DNA of 64,000 nucleotides from Eledone cirrhosa (GCA_964016885.1 OZ024743.1:302312001-302376000), one strand, 5' to 3'. Shown: positions 13,365 to 26,764, counted from the stretch's first letter. The notes: a model not told the origin generated them from the sequence alone. Program-made: numbers and translations.

Positions 13365-16067
13365 CTATCCGAAGAAGGATATTTTTAAGCGATGCGTACT
13401 ACTTATCGCTGTTTCAGCTCTGCTGTTGATGAGCTCGTGGGGTGCAGTTATGATGTGGTAGAGCTCCATGAGACAAAGATCGCATTTCCTCTTGAAGTTG
13501 TACGGTGCAGCCCTACCGACAATCTCCCAGTGCGTGGAGAAGCTGATGTTTAAGTCCTTTAGTGATGTGATGTAGTCCGCGAGCGAAGTGGAGTGCCTTA
13601 GATTTCTATTTGTGAAAGAGTGGAGATGTGTTCGAAACCTAATTTTGAACGGGCCGGAGGTAGCCCCTATATAATGTTTAACGCTATTGTGGCTAGTAAT
13701 AGTGCATCTATATATAACCCTATCAGTCAAGTAGTATCCTCTAACGAGGCAGCGTCCTCTGTCGCGGCAGTTGCAATTTCTGTCGCGGTTCCGTCTATTT
13801 CCCACGGTAAGGCTATCATCGTTGCTGCGTACGTTGTTACCTACGCTATCGCAGCTGTCGTTAGCACCTTTCCAACCCACAGCACGCGGGGTGGTGCGAT
13901 TGTTATTCCGCACGTCATGTCCTGCATGTTCCCCAGTTATTTCGCGGTTATGCTGGTTGCGTCTGCGGATGCCGTTTTCAACACTATTGGATGCTGCCAG
14001 GGAGTTGTTAAGGCCGATATAGTTATTGTCAGGTGTAGGTGCGTCTGTGTCGAGGTGCTGTCTTGGTGATCTTACTGTGGTTCGTTGTTCCTATGATGTC
14101 TGCTAGGTTAGGAGTAGTAGAGAAGGATATTTTTATATTGTTCCTGTTAAGAATGTTTCTATATCTATGGTTGGGCGGGAAGTTCTTCTCTAAGGCTTCG
14201 AAGAACATCCGGAGTATGTTGGAGGCCACACTCCGAGAGTAGGGGGGGTGGAACCATAGGACGTTACGGTGGCGATTACGTGTCCTTGTACTTTTGCTAC
14301 GGGTGGTTCCATCTAGGTGGCCGCTCTTATGTGTGTTAATGCGCAGTCGCCCGTTCGGTGCCCCTTTCACTTTATGCTCGGGTGCACTCTTCCTACCTCT
14401 TCCATGTTTATGTACACGAAGATGTTGGTTGGAAGGCGTGGGTAGTAGGCCGTCGCCTTTGTTGGTTTTGTAATAGGGGAATAGTTCGAGTAATCTACAG
14501 TGTTCACCGTCGCCGGGGTCGTGATATTTAGTGCGGTTATCCATTCTATTATATCCGACTTCAACGAGGTCTCCGCGTGATCGGTTATAGGTATGGCTTA
14601 TTATAACGTTCGTTGTATGAGGAGGGTGGTTTCTAGAGCTAGCGTTAGGGATGTAGGAAATTCCTCGGTTAAAGCCGGTGCTTATCAAGGCCCTATTGTA
14701 GTAATCCACCGCTTGGTTGATTAATCCTCATTGGCAGATAGCCTCGAGATTCTATGTGAGATACTATAGACTATGGAGTTGAGAGTCTGCTTAGGGTGGT
14801 TGGAGGCATAATTAATATAAGAGAGGCACTCTCCAGGCTTATGGTATGGCTTGTATAAGCCCGTACTCAACTCCAGGGTCACGTCCAGGAAGTTGACAAC
14901 CCTGTGGTTGAGGTCCATATTTACGGATAGGCCGTATGACTTGAAGAACCTGTGTATATGTTTGTTAAGGTTCTCTATCCTACGGGGGCTATGGTTCCTA
15001 ACGGTAAACAGGGCGTCGCCCCTATATACATCTCCTTGTAGGGCCTGTATCTCTTCCCTAAGATTATGTAGGAGGTATATCCCGGCCAGGTCAGTTGCTT
15101 GCGCTGAGTCACTGGACCCCATCGTGACATCGAAGTTATCAGGACGGTTGGTTCTGGTCCAGTGGGAGCCTTCGAACTGGATAATGGTTCTACGCGCCGC
15201 TAGAATTATGTCTATTTCTTTTTAGTGAAGCTAGTGTTAGATCTAGCTAAGATAAGTGCCTTATTTAAGAGTATGGGGGAGATAGAGGAGTAGTAACTAT
15301 CTATATCAAACTGGATGAATTTCAAGGTGGCTTTATCCGGCAACTCGGTGAACCAATTTCTGACCTGGTCGGTGTTGCCCCAGAGGCAGACCTTAGCCTT
15401 TCTATTAAGCCCCAGTAGTACTCTGTCGAGGATCACTTTACTGATATTACCTATATCTGATGTAGAGGGGCATATTAGTCTAATAGAGGGGCTTTCATTA
15501 AAGTCATATTTGTGATCCTTAAGAGAGAATTTAGGCGTCAGAGGGACGTACGAGTTAGTGTACTTTTCTATTTCTAAGCTGGTGACTATATCCTTCTATT
15601 GATGTCATTTAGGATACTAGAGGGTGTCTTTTTGTAGTCTTTGTGTAGTTCCTTATAGATGAATTTTGTATACTTACTCGCGTCCATCTTGTACAGCTTT
15701 TTGGTTTTGTCGGAGGTGACGAAGAGGTGCGGGTCATTCTTGATCTTAGTTATTAGTGTATCAAGGAACGTTAAGAATGGATTGCTGCAGTGGTGTTTCT
15801 TTCTGAACTTAACATTTTTGATCATTTTCAGCAGGTCCTCTTCAAAGGAGTCCAGTAGGTGTTGTGCGGTGGGTTTCGGTATGTTTTGAAGCCATACCTC
15901 TCTTTGGGTTCAGGAAGGTTACGGGTGTTCTCATCCAGGTGGTAGGCCTTCCATCTGACTCTCCGTATAAACGAATTAGTAGCGTCTATAAGCAGTTTAA
16001 GGAAGGTTTTTCTGCTGGGTAAGGGGATACACTTGAGAGACATGGGTAACGGTTGGTTCTCCAACAT
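13365..16067 (-). pseudogene. PLE RT-GIY-YIG ORF broken by frameshifts and stops
   Basis: Segments MSLKCIPLP..FIRRVRWKA, SDKT, QFDIDSYYSSI, MGSSDSA..VYRGDAL (catalytic DD lost), NFLDVTL, WFHPPYS, CNCRDRGRC, VIY..HYIGAT..RF and CDLCLME. Confidence 0.93.
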
Positions 16068-16330
16068 AATGGCAAATAAGGTGAGATGCTCTACAAAAGG
16101 AGCACAGTAATACAGTATTTACGCATCGAGAAAGAGAAAAAAGGGGAGGATAGGTGATACATATAGTTATTTGCCAAGTAGCGTACGCCAAAGGTGCTCG
16201 ATACTAGTGCCGGCAGTATTAAATATTCGAAGTGTTAATATTTAGTGGGCCAGAGAGTTAGCAGAGCGGAAGCACGTGGGAAAGTAACAGATCGGAGAAT
16301 AGACCGTTAAAACATGTTTATTTAAAACAG

Positions 16331-16370
16331 CACCTACGTACGTTTCGCCCAGTTGGACATCTCAAGGGCA
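16331..16370 (-). ncRNA. Hammerhead-like motif with variant core (CUUGAGA), 5' pLTR
   Basis: Minus strand: TGCC-CTTGAGA-T-GTCC aact GGGC-GAAA-CGTACG-TA-GGTG. Loop 3 is palindromic. Confidence 0.55.
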
Positions 16371-17191
16371 TAAATAATGAAAGGTGTTCCTTATATTGCT
16401 TGGAAAGAGTTTTGGGGTTTAAATCCACATCAAGGTCCATTGCTCGCAAAAATAGCTTGTGTTGATTTTGCAGCAGGCCAAGGGAGGTAACTCCGGCCGG
16501 TGTTAGGGCAGTCTTTCCCGGACAATTTTTTTTTTTTGTTGCCGCATCTGTTTGTCTGTGGCTGGGTCTGGTATGCAAGGATTGTTTCCAGGGTGTTATT
16601 TTGCAGCGCCTGCCCGCCGGGGTGTTAAGACTTGTTGCAGGGAGATCCGGTGTACGGTTTCACTCCTCATCCTTAACCCATCTGAAGAAGGATATTTTTA
16701 AGCGATGTGTACAACATATCCCTGTTTCAGCTCTGCTGTTGATGAGCTCGTGGGGTGCAGTTATGATGTGGTAGAGCTCCATGAGGCAAAGATCGCATTT
16801 CCTCTTGAAGTTGTACGGTGCAGCCCTACCGACAATCTCCCAGTGCGTGGAGAAGCTGATGTTTAAGTCCTTTAGAGATGTGATGTAGTCCGCGAGCGAA
16901 GTGGAGTGCCTTAGTTTTCTATTTGAGAAAGAGTGGAGTTTTCTATTTGTGAAAGAAAATATATACACACTTTGATTAACTGTACAGGCAATATTTATTA
17001 GATTGCTGTTGAAATGTGTTTACATTTTTGGGGAACTCCCTTTATCGGAAATTAGATATTCCCCTCCGATGAAAATGCCTGGACAATGTTGTTACTGGAA
17101 TATCTGCAGTATCCCATCTTCGCCCTAGCAATTGATTTCCAAGGAAAAGGCAATCACCAATATATCTACAGTAAACTGGAAAGAATGCATC

Positions 17192-17252
17192 ACACGCTGC
17201 GGGAATCGAACGCACATAATGATTGCAGGCCCAACGCTCTAAGCACTAACCC
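17192..17252 (-). mobile_element. tRNA-derived SINE head fragment
   Basis: Minus strand: TAGTGCTTAGAGCGTTGG (A-box-like) ... GTTCGATTCCC (B-box). Confidence 0.5.
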
Positions 17253-17302
17253 ATGTACCTGACAAAATACATGGATACACATACACATTACACACACACA
17301 TG

Positions 17303-17336
<34 letters not shown>

Positions 17337-17433
17337 AACCGACTCACACATATATATATAGATTATATTTATATAAATAATGAGTTGACAGTTGCATCTC
17401 AGTGCACTCAATATATATATATATATGTATACT

Positions 17434-18669
17434 ATATATTTTCTTTAGGTCATTTTGGAAGCCTCAACAATGCAGATGGGTAATTCTTCGGGTAACAAGA
17501 TGCGGTGGTGAAGAGAGAGATGTAAGTGAATGTAGAATGAGATGTATAGTGTGTAGAAGAACTTAGGAAAGAGCGTAAAAAATGAAAATAATAAAACGAG
17601 ATGTATGGGAATGTAGAATGAAATGTAAAGTGTGTAGAGAAACGTAGGAAAGAGTGTAAAAAATAAGAATAATAACACGAGATAGAGTTAACTTGGGAGA
17701 TATTTAATTGTCCCTATATTTAGGATTCTCATCCATCAACTGGTGGGTTTTCATGGGGGGGGGGGGGGTTATCTGTCGGAGATGATCGATACGTGTCCTC
17801 CGCTATTCATTGTTTTGAATATCTGAGGTATTCAGCAAAGTGCCGACTCGCGTGAAATGGGGTATGTCAAGCAGAGGTCGGCGGCCGAAATAGTTATTTT
17901 AATTGTGGGAGTGGGGAGGCGTTAACTGTAAATCGATTGTATTAGCTGCCCGTGGTGGTTTCTGTATTAGCAGTGTTCAATAGTGTTTGGTGGTGGTAGT
18001 ATTCCTTGCCTGTTTGGTGAATGCTACTGTGTGTGTATGTGTGCGTGTGTTGTTGTCTCGCTTGTGTGTGTGTGTGCGTATGTTGTTGCCTCGTTTGTCT
18101 GTATTAGCAGTGTAGTATATTGGTATCGCGGAATGCTACTGTGTGTGTGCGAGTACGTGTGTTGTTGTCTCGCTTGTGTGTGTGTGTATGCGTGTGTTGT
18201 TACCTCGTTTGTTTATTTCACCCAACCACCTCATTTCGCTTCTATCGAATCGGTTATTTATTTGTATGAATCGGCACTTAGATATTCCCCTCCCATGAAA
18301 AAATCTGGACAATGTTGTTCCTGGAATATCTGCAGTATCCCCTCTACGCCCGCGCTCTGCTGAATACCTCAGATATTCAAAATAACGAACAGCGGAGGAC
18401 ACGTCTCGATCCAATCCGACTAATACACGCACGAAAACTTCCCATGATGGATATGAATCCGAAATATAGGGACAATTAAATATCTCCCAAGGTAACTCTA
18501 TCTCGTGTTATTATTTTTTTTTTTTTACGCTCTTTCCTACGTTCTTCTACACACTATACATCTCATTCTACATTCACTTACATTTCTCTCTTCACCACCG
18601 GATCTTGTTACCCGGAGAATTACCCATCTGCATTGTTGAGGCTTCCAAAACGTCCTAAAGAAAATATAT
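17434..18669. mobile_element. Non-autonomous foldback/MITE-like element with long terminal inverted repeats
   Basis: 17434-~17845 is inverted at ~18355-18669 (ATATATTTTCTTTAGG...CCTAAAGAAAATATAT). The left arm carries an ~85-bp internal duplication. No coding capacity. Confidence 0.8.
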
Positions 18670-19175
18670 CTTATTATACCACAATGCTTCAAGCAAACTT
18701 CAATACTCTCTTATATATGTATATATATATATATATAATAATGAGTTGACGGACCCAGCATATTTATCAATGCAAGGACCGGTTGTATATCAGCGTACTC
18801 AGTGGGTAATGAAGGATACATTCCCAGACTGTACAAATAGTTATTCGCTTCAATATACCCCACATAAAATGGGTGCCTATAATAGCTCCTGGACTCGAGT
18901 TTCGGCCACACTTAATACAGCAGCATTTTTTTTTTTAATTCTGCTTTGTGGGACATAGACGTATCTGAAGAACTTGCGATTTCAGAGTTAGGTTCGATCC
19001 TCACATCGATCGTACCTCGAGCTGGTCGCCACATAAACGATTGTAATTAGTCTAATGAATTATAATTCGTCGCAACACTGATTCTCCGTTTCTTATGTGA
19101 TATTATAATCTGTTCCTTAAGAGCATCGATGCTCAAACGGCCTACCGCATACGGACGCTTTTAAGCAACCCACAC

Positions 19176-19234
<59 letters not shown>

Positions 19235-20105
19235 GTGTGTGCGTCCCTGTGTGTATTTATTTAGGTATGTATATAGTGTGTACTTTATTAAATATTTCGT
19301 GCGGTTATCAAACGACGAAACGGAAAACATTATCTATAATTGAATTCAGCACAATATGACATGAAACAAGGCCAATTTATATCAACCACGTTTATATATG
19401 CTGTTTTATATGTAAGAAATTGTAAAACCTTAGCACCTCTCTCAACTCTTTTTCTGCCAACTCCGGATTTCCTCCGATTATACTTACATAATTGTGACAA
19501 TTTCCCGGTAAACCTCTCCAATGTCTATGTAACCGGAAAAGCATTGACATATATTTCTGGAACAATGCATAGTATACGATCATGTACTTACGAACATTCT
19601 GATTTTGTTTTATATATATTTTCTGCTGTGAGGAATTGAACAGAAATATAAGTACCTATTTGAAATTTTGTTTAAGCTCTGTCAAAATCTAAAAGACTGT
19701 TATCATGATTCGAGTGAATACATGTGATAATTTATATGCCACAGATCTAATAATTTAACATTACTATCATATTTTTCATATTTTTTATATCAGTAAATTA
19801 TATTTCGCAAATAATAAGATTATGTTGTCGCTGATGTTGAGGGTGTTCTTCTAATAGTTTTACATGGAATCAAAGGTTGAGCTGCTTCATTGAAGGATTG
19901 GTTTCTTTCATATAACATCTAGATGTTTATCTAACACTTTTCACCAGAATATGAATGCAAGTAATATAAGCTGACCGATTATTCAAACAGTCAATCACAA
20001 ACATTGTTTTCAATTATATTTTTTACGTCTTCTGGATGACACGTTGCGCCTAAAAATACATTAGATTATTCTGACTATATTGAGGTGGAAAAATATACTC
20101 ATATA

Positions 20106-20276
20106 ATTGTTTCTACTTTTAGCACAAGGCCATCAATTACCCAGTACATCACTGGTACTTTATTTTATCGACTGGTACTTTATTTTATCGACCCCGTAAG
20201 ATTTGAACTCAGACCGTAAAGGGACGTAACTATGCTGGAAAGCATGGCGTCCGACCGTCTACCAATACTGCCAAAC
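20106..20276 (-). mobile_element. tRNA-derived SINE (same family as 211-381)
   Basis: B-box GTTCAAAT on minus and a family 3' end. 14-bp TSD AATATACTCATATA at 20092-20105 and 20277-20290. Internal 20-bp duplication ACTGGTACTTTATTTTATCG. Confidence 0.85.
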
Positions 20277-21216
20277 AATATACTCATATACTGAATATGG
20301 ATCAGGTGTTTTTCACATATTGTACATCGCTAAAGTCACCTAAGAGATGTTTCAAACCAGCTTAAGCTTAGGTCTACCCCCGCTATGTAATTACGTTATA
20401 ATCAAGAGTTGATATAGCTGTGAGTACACCTCATTTGCTCACTGTATCAAAAAGTAGTTGTGAAGGCCAAAACACGCCAGCACAAATGTAGATTATTCCT
20501 CTGGATTCCTACTGTCGTTGAATACTATAATCGTCTCTAGTAATCTTGATAATTATTGTATAAAGACTGGCATCGAAATATAATAATTTACATATACATT
20601 TTTTCCAACCTCCAGATTTTTATTATCCCGAATATAAAGCAAACTATGCCGTGAATATATATCCACCGGAAAATGTAGACAAATCCGTTCCAACAATCAC
20701 ATCACCGGAAAGCGTTTGGCCTTATTCCAAGAAATAGCAGCCATATCGTCGTTCATGCAATTTACAGTGATTTATGAATGAGAAAATGAATTGAGTAATG
20801 TGTACACATTGATAATGAAAATCCGGCGTATTGGGATCGAACAGATTACGATAGATTGTTGAACATTATAATTGCCGGTGTTCGTTCCGTCACCCTCATG
20901 AATGATTTCAAATCCCAACGAAGCCTACTTTCCAATTCATAATTTCGCAGTAGAGAATTAAAAAAATAGCAGTATAATACCAGGGTTGATTATTCCTCTA
21001 TATGTCTGTCTCGTGCACTTTTACTCACTCTCTGTCCTTCCCTGGAAGAAATCTGCTGAGCTCAGACCTGGAAAGGAGATGTGCTCCGCCAGATGAAAAG
21101 TGCCTAAGAAACACCGTAGGCCATTACTTTGCCCCTACCACTCCAACAGAAGTTACAGGTCCCTCTCTCTTAATCTCTCTCTTACACATAGACACACACA
21201 CACACACATATATATC

Positions 21217-21249
<33 letters not shown>

Positions 21250-21575
21250 CAGTGAATTAGTGGTGTCGGTAGCAAACAATTCACTCTATGCACAAGCAGA
21301 GAGTATATATAAAAAGAAACGAGGAGGTTCGTTTAAAGGTCGATACACAATAAATATCTTACGCATGTAAACGAAACTTCCTTGTTTCTTCTATTATTTA
21401 CATGTAATACCTTTTCCCTGACAGACATATAATTATATGAATACTTGTAATATCTTAATTGGTATATGTTGCTGTTTTGTCGTTTGTAATTTAATTTTCA
21501 AAAATATATTTTTTTAATGTTCTCCACTCAAAAATTGTATTTCATTTTGTCATATTCGTTCGTTGTTCATTTTCT

Positions 21576-21670
<95 letters not shown>

Positions 21671-22010
21671 GCATATATATATATATATATATAAATACAT
21701 ACATATTACAGTGTTATATGAAGGAGTCAATCAATGCCAGAATTGTTTTTAAATTGGTCAGAATGTATTAGTGTGAAATGGAATAAAGCAATTACAGTTT
21801 TATCATACGCAACAGGCACACAAACACACACGCACACACAAACAGACACATATAAATATATATAATCCTCTCTCGCCACTGACTAATAATTACCAGAAAA
21901 AGGTAATTGTGAAAAACTTAATATATTAATATCCGTTCGTAACTTTTTCGTAAATTTCTACCCAACTCTCTCATTTTTGTTACTTTAAAGCTTTTAAAAT
22001 ATAATTAACA

Positions 22011-22071
<61 letters not shown>

Positions 22072-22840
22072 ATATATATCCTCCCAAATATTCAAACACA
22101 CATATCCCAGAGCTAGTAACGGACTATCACTCAATGGAAATACGTACACTCACATGTCTTGCACCACAAGTATAAACTCCGACACACCTTCCCAATTTAT
22201 TCGAAAACTTATTTCCAGCACATATAGCCATGCATGCACATTAACACACTACAGGCACATTAATATTCTTTCCTCATCAATATTGTCCTCAATCTCAAAA
22301 TGACTGCGTGTTCAATTTTATATATAAATTTCTTACGTTCTATACAGAAATCACTACAACTTTGGATCACTACATACCTTTAGTAAAAGGTACTCCCATA
22401 TAAATACGCATAATAAACTGAATTTTAGAATAACAATAAAAAAGACAATCTACCAACAAACAGCTGTGCATGAAACGTTTATACACACATTTAGTAGGTT
22501 AGCAGGAATACAGACTTCGACATTGTCCTACAATTATAAACCAGCTTATATACTCAGAAAAAATATATAAACGATAACATCATTAGAGGAAGCAACTTAT
22601 AGCGACCATAAGTGGTCATCATAGAAAATAAAATAGACACTTTTTATAAAAATATATATACATACAGTAGTATGTATATATATATATACATACATGCACA
22701 CATATATATATATATATGTACGTATGGATTCACCGGACATTTATTGTAATATTCGGTGTGTTTGTAAACAAACATCCCGTATTAAGCCATAGTTTCTAGC
22801 AACCCTCGTTGCTCGTTTGTTCAACACTGACAAAGGAACG

Positions 22841-22878
22841 CTGTACTAGTTTCAAGCTTATTAGTTATCGTCAGCATA
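22841..22878 (-). ncRNA. Minimal hammerhead motif, with a second degenerate one at ~22788-22820
   Basis: Minus strand: ATG-CTGACGA-TAACTAATAAGCTT-GAAA-CTAG-TA-CAG. Neighbour: CAAACG-AGCAAC gagg GTTGCT-A-GAAA-CTAT. Confidence 0.55.
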
Positions 22879-23968
22879 GGTAGACGTAAGTTCTCCTTTT
22901 ATATATTTTTATCGCTTCCTCTATCCCTCCCTAGTCCTTCCACCCCAGTCATCTTTCTTTGTCGTCGTCCTTTTACCTTCTCGCCCACCCGAGGCAGCCC
23001 CTCGGTCCTTTGTATCCTCAGTACCCCCACCCCTTTCTCTATTCTATAATAGATTTGGCCGACTCCGCTTTTTATAGCAGATGTGTTAGACCTCGGATAC
23101 TTGCCTTCTTATCCCATGGCTGCCCCTTTTCCGTGCTTTCTATATTTCTTAGTGGTATCTTTGCTTTAATTTCTCGTATATCAGTATTTTTTTTTTTGGG
23201 GGGGGGGGATTCCGAATTAATGTTCCGTATCAAATTTTACATATACTTCGTACGAGCATTTATGTAGTTTGCACTAGAAATGTTTGTATCGTGACGGCAC
23301 CCGTAGAGATGGTATTAATATTCTTTTTCGGGATTCTGAATTATTATTTCGTATTAGTTTATTTTTTTTTTGCACTGGGTGGTTGCTGGCCTTGTGCCTG
23401 GGGTAGAAACCTTTATTTCGTACTGGCCTCGGGACTCTGAATTATTATTTAGTGGTAGTTTCTTTAGTATTTCGCGCCCCCCCCCCCACACACACACACA
23501 CTTGTAGACCCGTCACCGTAAATATATTCGGTTGTTTACTTATACCTCTTAAAAGGGTCTAAGTATAATTCAGTCCCACCTAGTAAACCTTTCTTTAGTC
23601 TAGCAGTACCAGTGAGAGACTTGATAGCTGTCCTTAGGTTATAGTAACCAGAAATTGTTTTTTTTTTTTACATTTAATTGTTTTTTAACACTCTCGGTAT
23701 TTTTTCTATATATTTACCCCATATTGTTTCACTTATTGTTTCGACTTCCTCCCCCTCCCTCTCCCTAGTATCTTCTTTGACCTCCTGCCCAGCTGTAGAT
23801 GGCACTATCAACGCATGACTGGATTTTCTACACCTCCTCTCCCTCTTTCTTCTAGTGGCAGGTTCAGCTACCCCTTCCCTCCATAAATTGCCATGATAGA
23901 ATTATTATGTCTCAACAACAAACTTTTGACCAATCCTTGTGACAATCACTTTTACCATATATGGAATT

Positions 23969-24064
23969 ACCCCCTGAGAAACTTGGCTATTCTAATACCA
24001 GGATAAATATGTTCATTTAGTCCAGAATTAGCCGTCGAAACGGCTTGAGCTCAGCCGTCGGGGT
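23969..24064 (+). ncRNA. Family A full type-I hammerhead (long stem II, true stem III)
   Basis: ACCCC-CTGAGAA-AC..GGCTATTCT..AGAATTAGCCGTC-GAAA-CGGCT tgagctc AGCCG-TC-GGGGT. One core mismatch against CUGANGA. Confidence 0.7.
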
Positions 24065-24370
24065 CCCCCTCGTTCCTATATATATATATATATATGTACA
24101 TATTTATATACATATATGTGTGTCTATGGATAACTGAACACGTTTATATTTATTTGTATTGTAATTTTCTGAGTTCCATCCTCTCATCACACTTAATTTC
24201 TATTTACCTTTGTAACACTATCTTCTGTAGACAGACTAATGTCGGACACGGCAAGACTCCATTATTGCTAATTCAAGCGTTAAACTGATATAGTTCTACT
24301 GTGTACTGCGTCGTTTGTTATTTATGTTTACTTTGACACACATACACACACACACCTATACATACACAAA

Positions 24371-24452
<82 letters not shown>

Positions 24453-24455
<3 letters not shown>

Positions 24456-24657
24456 GAAAGGTATGACACCCGACGGCAGAGCTCAAGCCGTTTCAACGGC
24501 TATTTCTGGACGGCTATTTCAGTCCTGAAATAGCCGTGGAAACGGCTTGAGCTCTGCTGTCGGGGTCATACATTTTACTATTTCCCACTCTTCTACCCTA
24601 AGTATTGAGTACTCCGGTGCGTTATGGTCCATTTGGTTCCTTGCCACAATTCCTGTG

Positions 24658-24658
<1 letters not shown>
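24453..24658 (+). mobile_element. Family A (subfamily) fold-back mini-insertion
   Basis: Arm CCGACGGCAGAGCTCAAGCCGTTTCAACGGCTATTTC is inverted at ~24527-24563, then the family tail. (TA)n on both sides. Confidence 0.75.
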
Positions 24659-24699
<41 letters not shown>

Positions 24700-24703
<4 letters not shown>

Positions 24704-26160
24704 ATGAAAATAATGTGTACAGTGCTCAACTGCATTGCAACTCATGAAAAGTGTATGTATAGTACATAGGGTAATGTGAATGGAAGGAAGGGGGACATCA
24801 GATGTAGTTTTGGCGAATTTCGGTAAGCATGAGGGTTTTAAAGGATGCAGTGTCTCGGCAACTAACAACTAACGCAGGCAGTTCGTTCCACGTTTCAGCA
24901 ACTCTAAGCTTGAGAAAAGTGTTTCTGAAAGTAATGGGAGATGTGCTGTTTTCTGAATTTGTAGGCATGTCCACATGTGTTAGACACATGGAGATCAAAG
25001 ATGTGCTCAGGGTTTTTGTTGGCGAGATAGTTAACCACTTTGTGGGTGTTTACCAAGTCCATTGCCAGACGTCGGAACTTCAATGATTCCATGCCCAGGG
25101 AGCAAGGCGTTCAGAGTATGGTAGGTGTCTGATGGAGGATATGCGCTTGGTTGCACGTCTCTGACCAGTTTCCAGGAGGTCAATGTTTTGAGCAAGATAG
25201 GGGTTCCAGACTGATGATGCGAATTCCAAGTGCGGTCGTACCATAGTTGTATACAGCTTTAAATAGATGGCTGGAGAGCGGATAACAAAGGTCTTGCTGA
25301 GTGATGCAAAGACATCCACGGCCTTCTTGACAATATTAGAGATGTGATTTGTCCAACGCAAATCGCTGCTGACAGTAATGCCCGGGTCACGTTCACAAGA
25401 GGACTTCTTGATATCAGTGTTGTGGAGGAGGTATGTGGACGCTGGACTTTCCTCCCAAAATGCCTAGTGGTTCACTTTCCACAGCCAGCTTCTGATGCCA
25501 GTCTGTGATCCATTGACGCATTGTGTCCAGGTCTGATTGTAGGAAAGAGTTATAGATTTCAGGATCTGTCCTTTTGATTTCAGGGTTCAGCTTGATGTCA
25601 TCTGCATATTTCAGTACTGTGGCATTCTTTAAATTAGCATTTGTGTCATTAATGTATGCAACAAACAAAAGGGGACCAAGAACAGATCCCTATGGTACAC
25701 CAGATGACATCTCATATGCTGAAGAATGCTGTTCTAGAACAGTGAGTACCTCTTTTCGGCTGAGAATGATTGATTTCAACCAGTTAAAAAGATCATCGAT
25801 CACACCCTTTGCAGAGAGTTTCGCCATAAGCCTTTTGTGTGGCACAGAATTAAAAGCCTTAGCAAAGTCAAGGTAAAAACCATCCACCCATGTGCTGCTG
25901 TCAGTGACCCGAGTAATGTCTTCAAGGAACTCGATAAGCTGATCACAGCATCTGGAGTTAGGCATAAATCTAAATTGCGAGGGCCAGATGAGGCTGTGCG
26001 AGCTCAAGAATTTCTACAGTGTTTCTCTGACACAAAATTCCATCAGTTTGGCAATACAGCTACTAAGTTTGACTGGACGATTGTTGACAAGTGACGTGCG
26101 GTCTCCCTTTTTGAATAGGGGAATGACACTGGCAGTTTTCCACTGCTCCGGAGTAGCCCA
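24700..26160 (-). mobile_element. 5'-truncated CR1/L2-type LINE; RT pseudogene
   Basis: WKTASVIPLFKKGDR..RPVKL, YLDFAKAFNSVPH, SGVP*GSVLGPLLF, KYADD, LYTTMVRPHLEFASSVWNP and QRRATK. Frameshifts. 3' end in (ATT)/(TA) repeats. Confidence 0.92.
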
Positions 26161-26167
26161 TATATAT

Positions 26168-26530
26168 AAGACATGACGGTAATATAGACAATATAGAAAA
26201 TAAAATAATATGTAACCATAGAAATGCCTCAACAGGTAGGTAAATCAGAGACGCAAATGCGACAGAAATGAAAAGACCGAAGTTGAACATAAAGAACGAA
26301 TGGAATAACAACAACCATGCCCAGACAAATACTACTGACTTAAGGGAATTATAAATAAGTAAATAAATAAACATATACACATGTCCAATAACAACAAACA
26401 CATATAAACACACAATAGTGAGCAGAGATAAAATACACAATCAAAAACACATACACTCAAACGCGAACACACTCACCAAACATTATACACACACGCAAAC
26501 GCATGCGCAGATACAGAGACGAGAAGAAAT
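26168..26530. repeat. Dispersed repeat (family D) homologous to 63236-63590
   Basis: ACATGACG.TAATATAG.CAA.ATAGAAA...CAGGTAGGTAAATCAGAGA...AAACGCATGCGCAGA is shared between the two sites. Confidence 0.8.
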
Positions 26531-26764
26531 AAATATTTTTTCTTTTCACTTCATAAACCTTGTTTGTAAATAACATTATTCTTTCTGCACCAGTTCTTTA
26601 ACATGTGCAACACCACCATTCTACACAATACATATCACTATCATTTGATAATGCATAAAAATGTTGAAACCGATAATAGACAATTATTAAATATATAAAT
26701 AGATGAATAAATAAAAAGGGAAACAAATATATTTCTCTTCCTAATAATCGTCTCTTTCTCCCTG

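Larger units (their letters stand above)
12964..16956 (-). mobile_element. Near full-length Penelope-like element in partial-tandem (pseudo-LTR) configuration
   Basis: Direct repeats 12964-~13625 and 16275-~16937 each contain the GIY-YIG C-terminus and 3' UTR. The 3' end abuts a TA-type microsatellite. Short duplication at the 5' junction. Confidence 0.93.

Noticed and set aside
21085-21125. HHR-like CAGATGA...GAAA-CACCG-TA
   Set aside because: Core is mutated and stem II does not pair.
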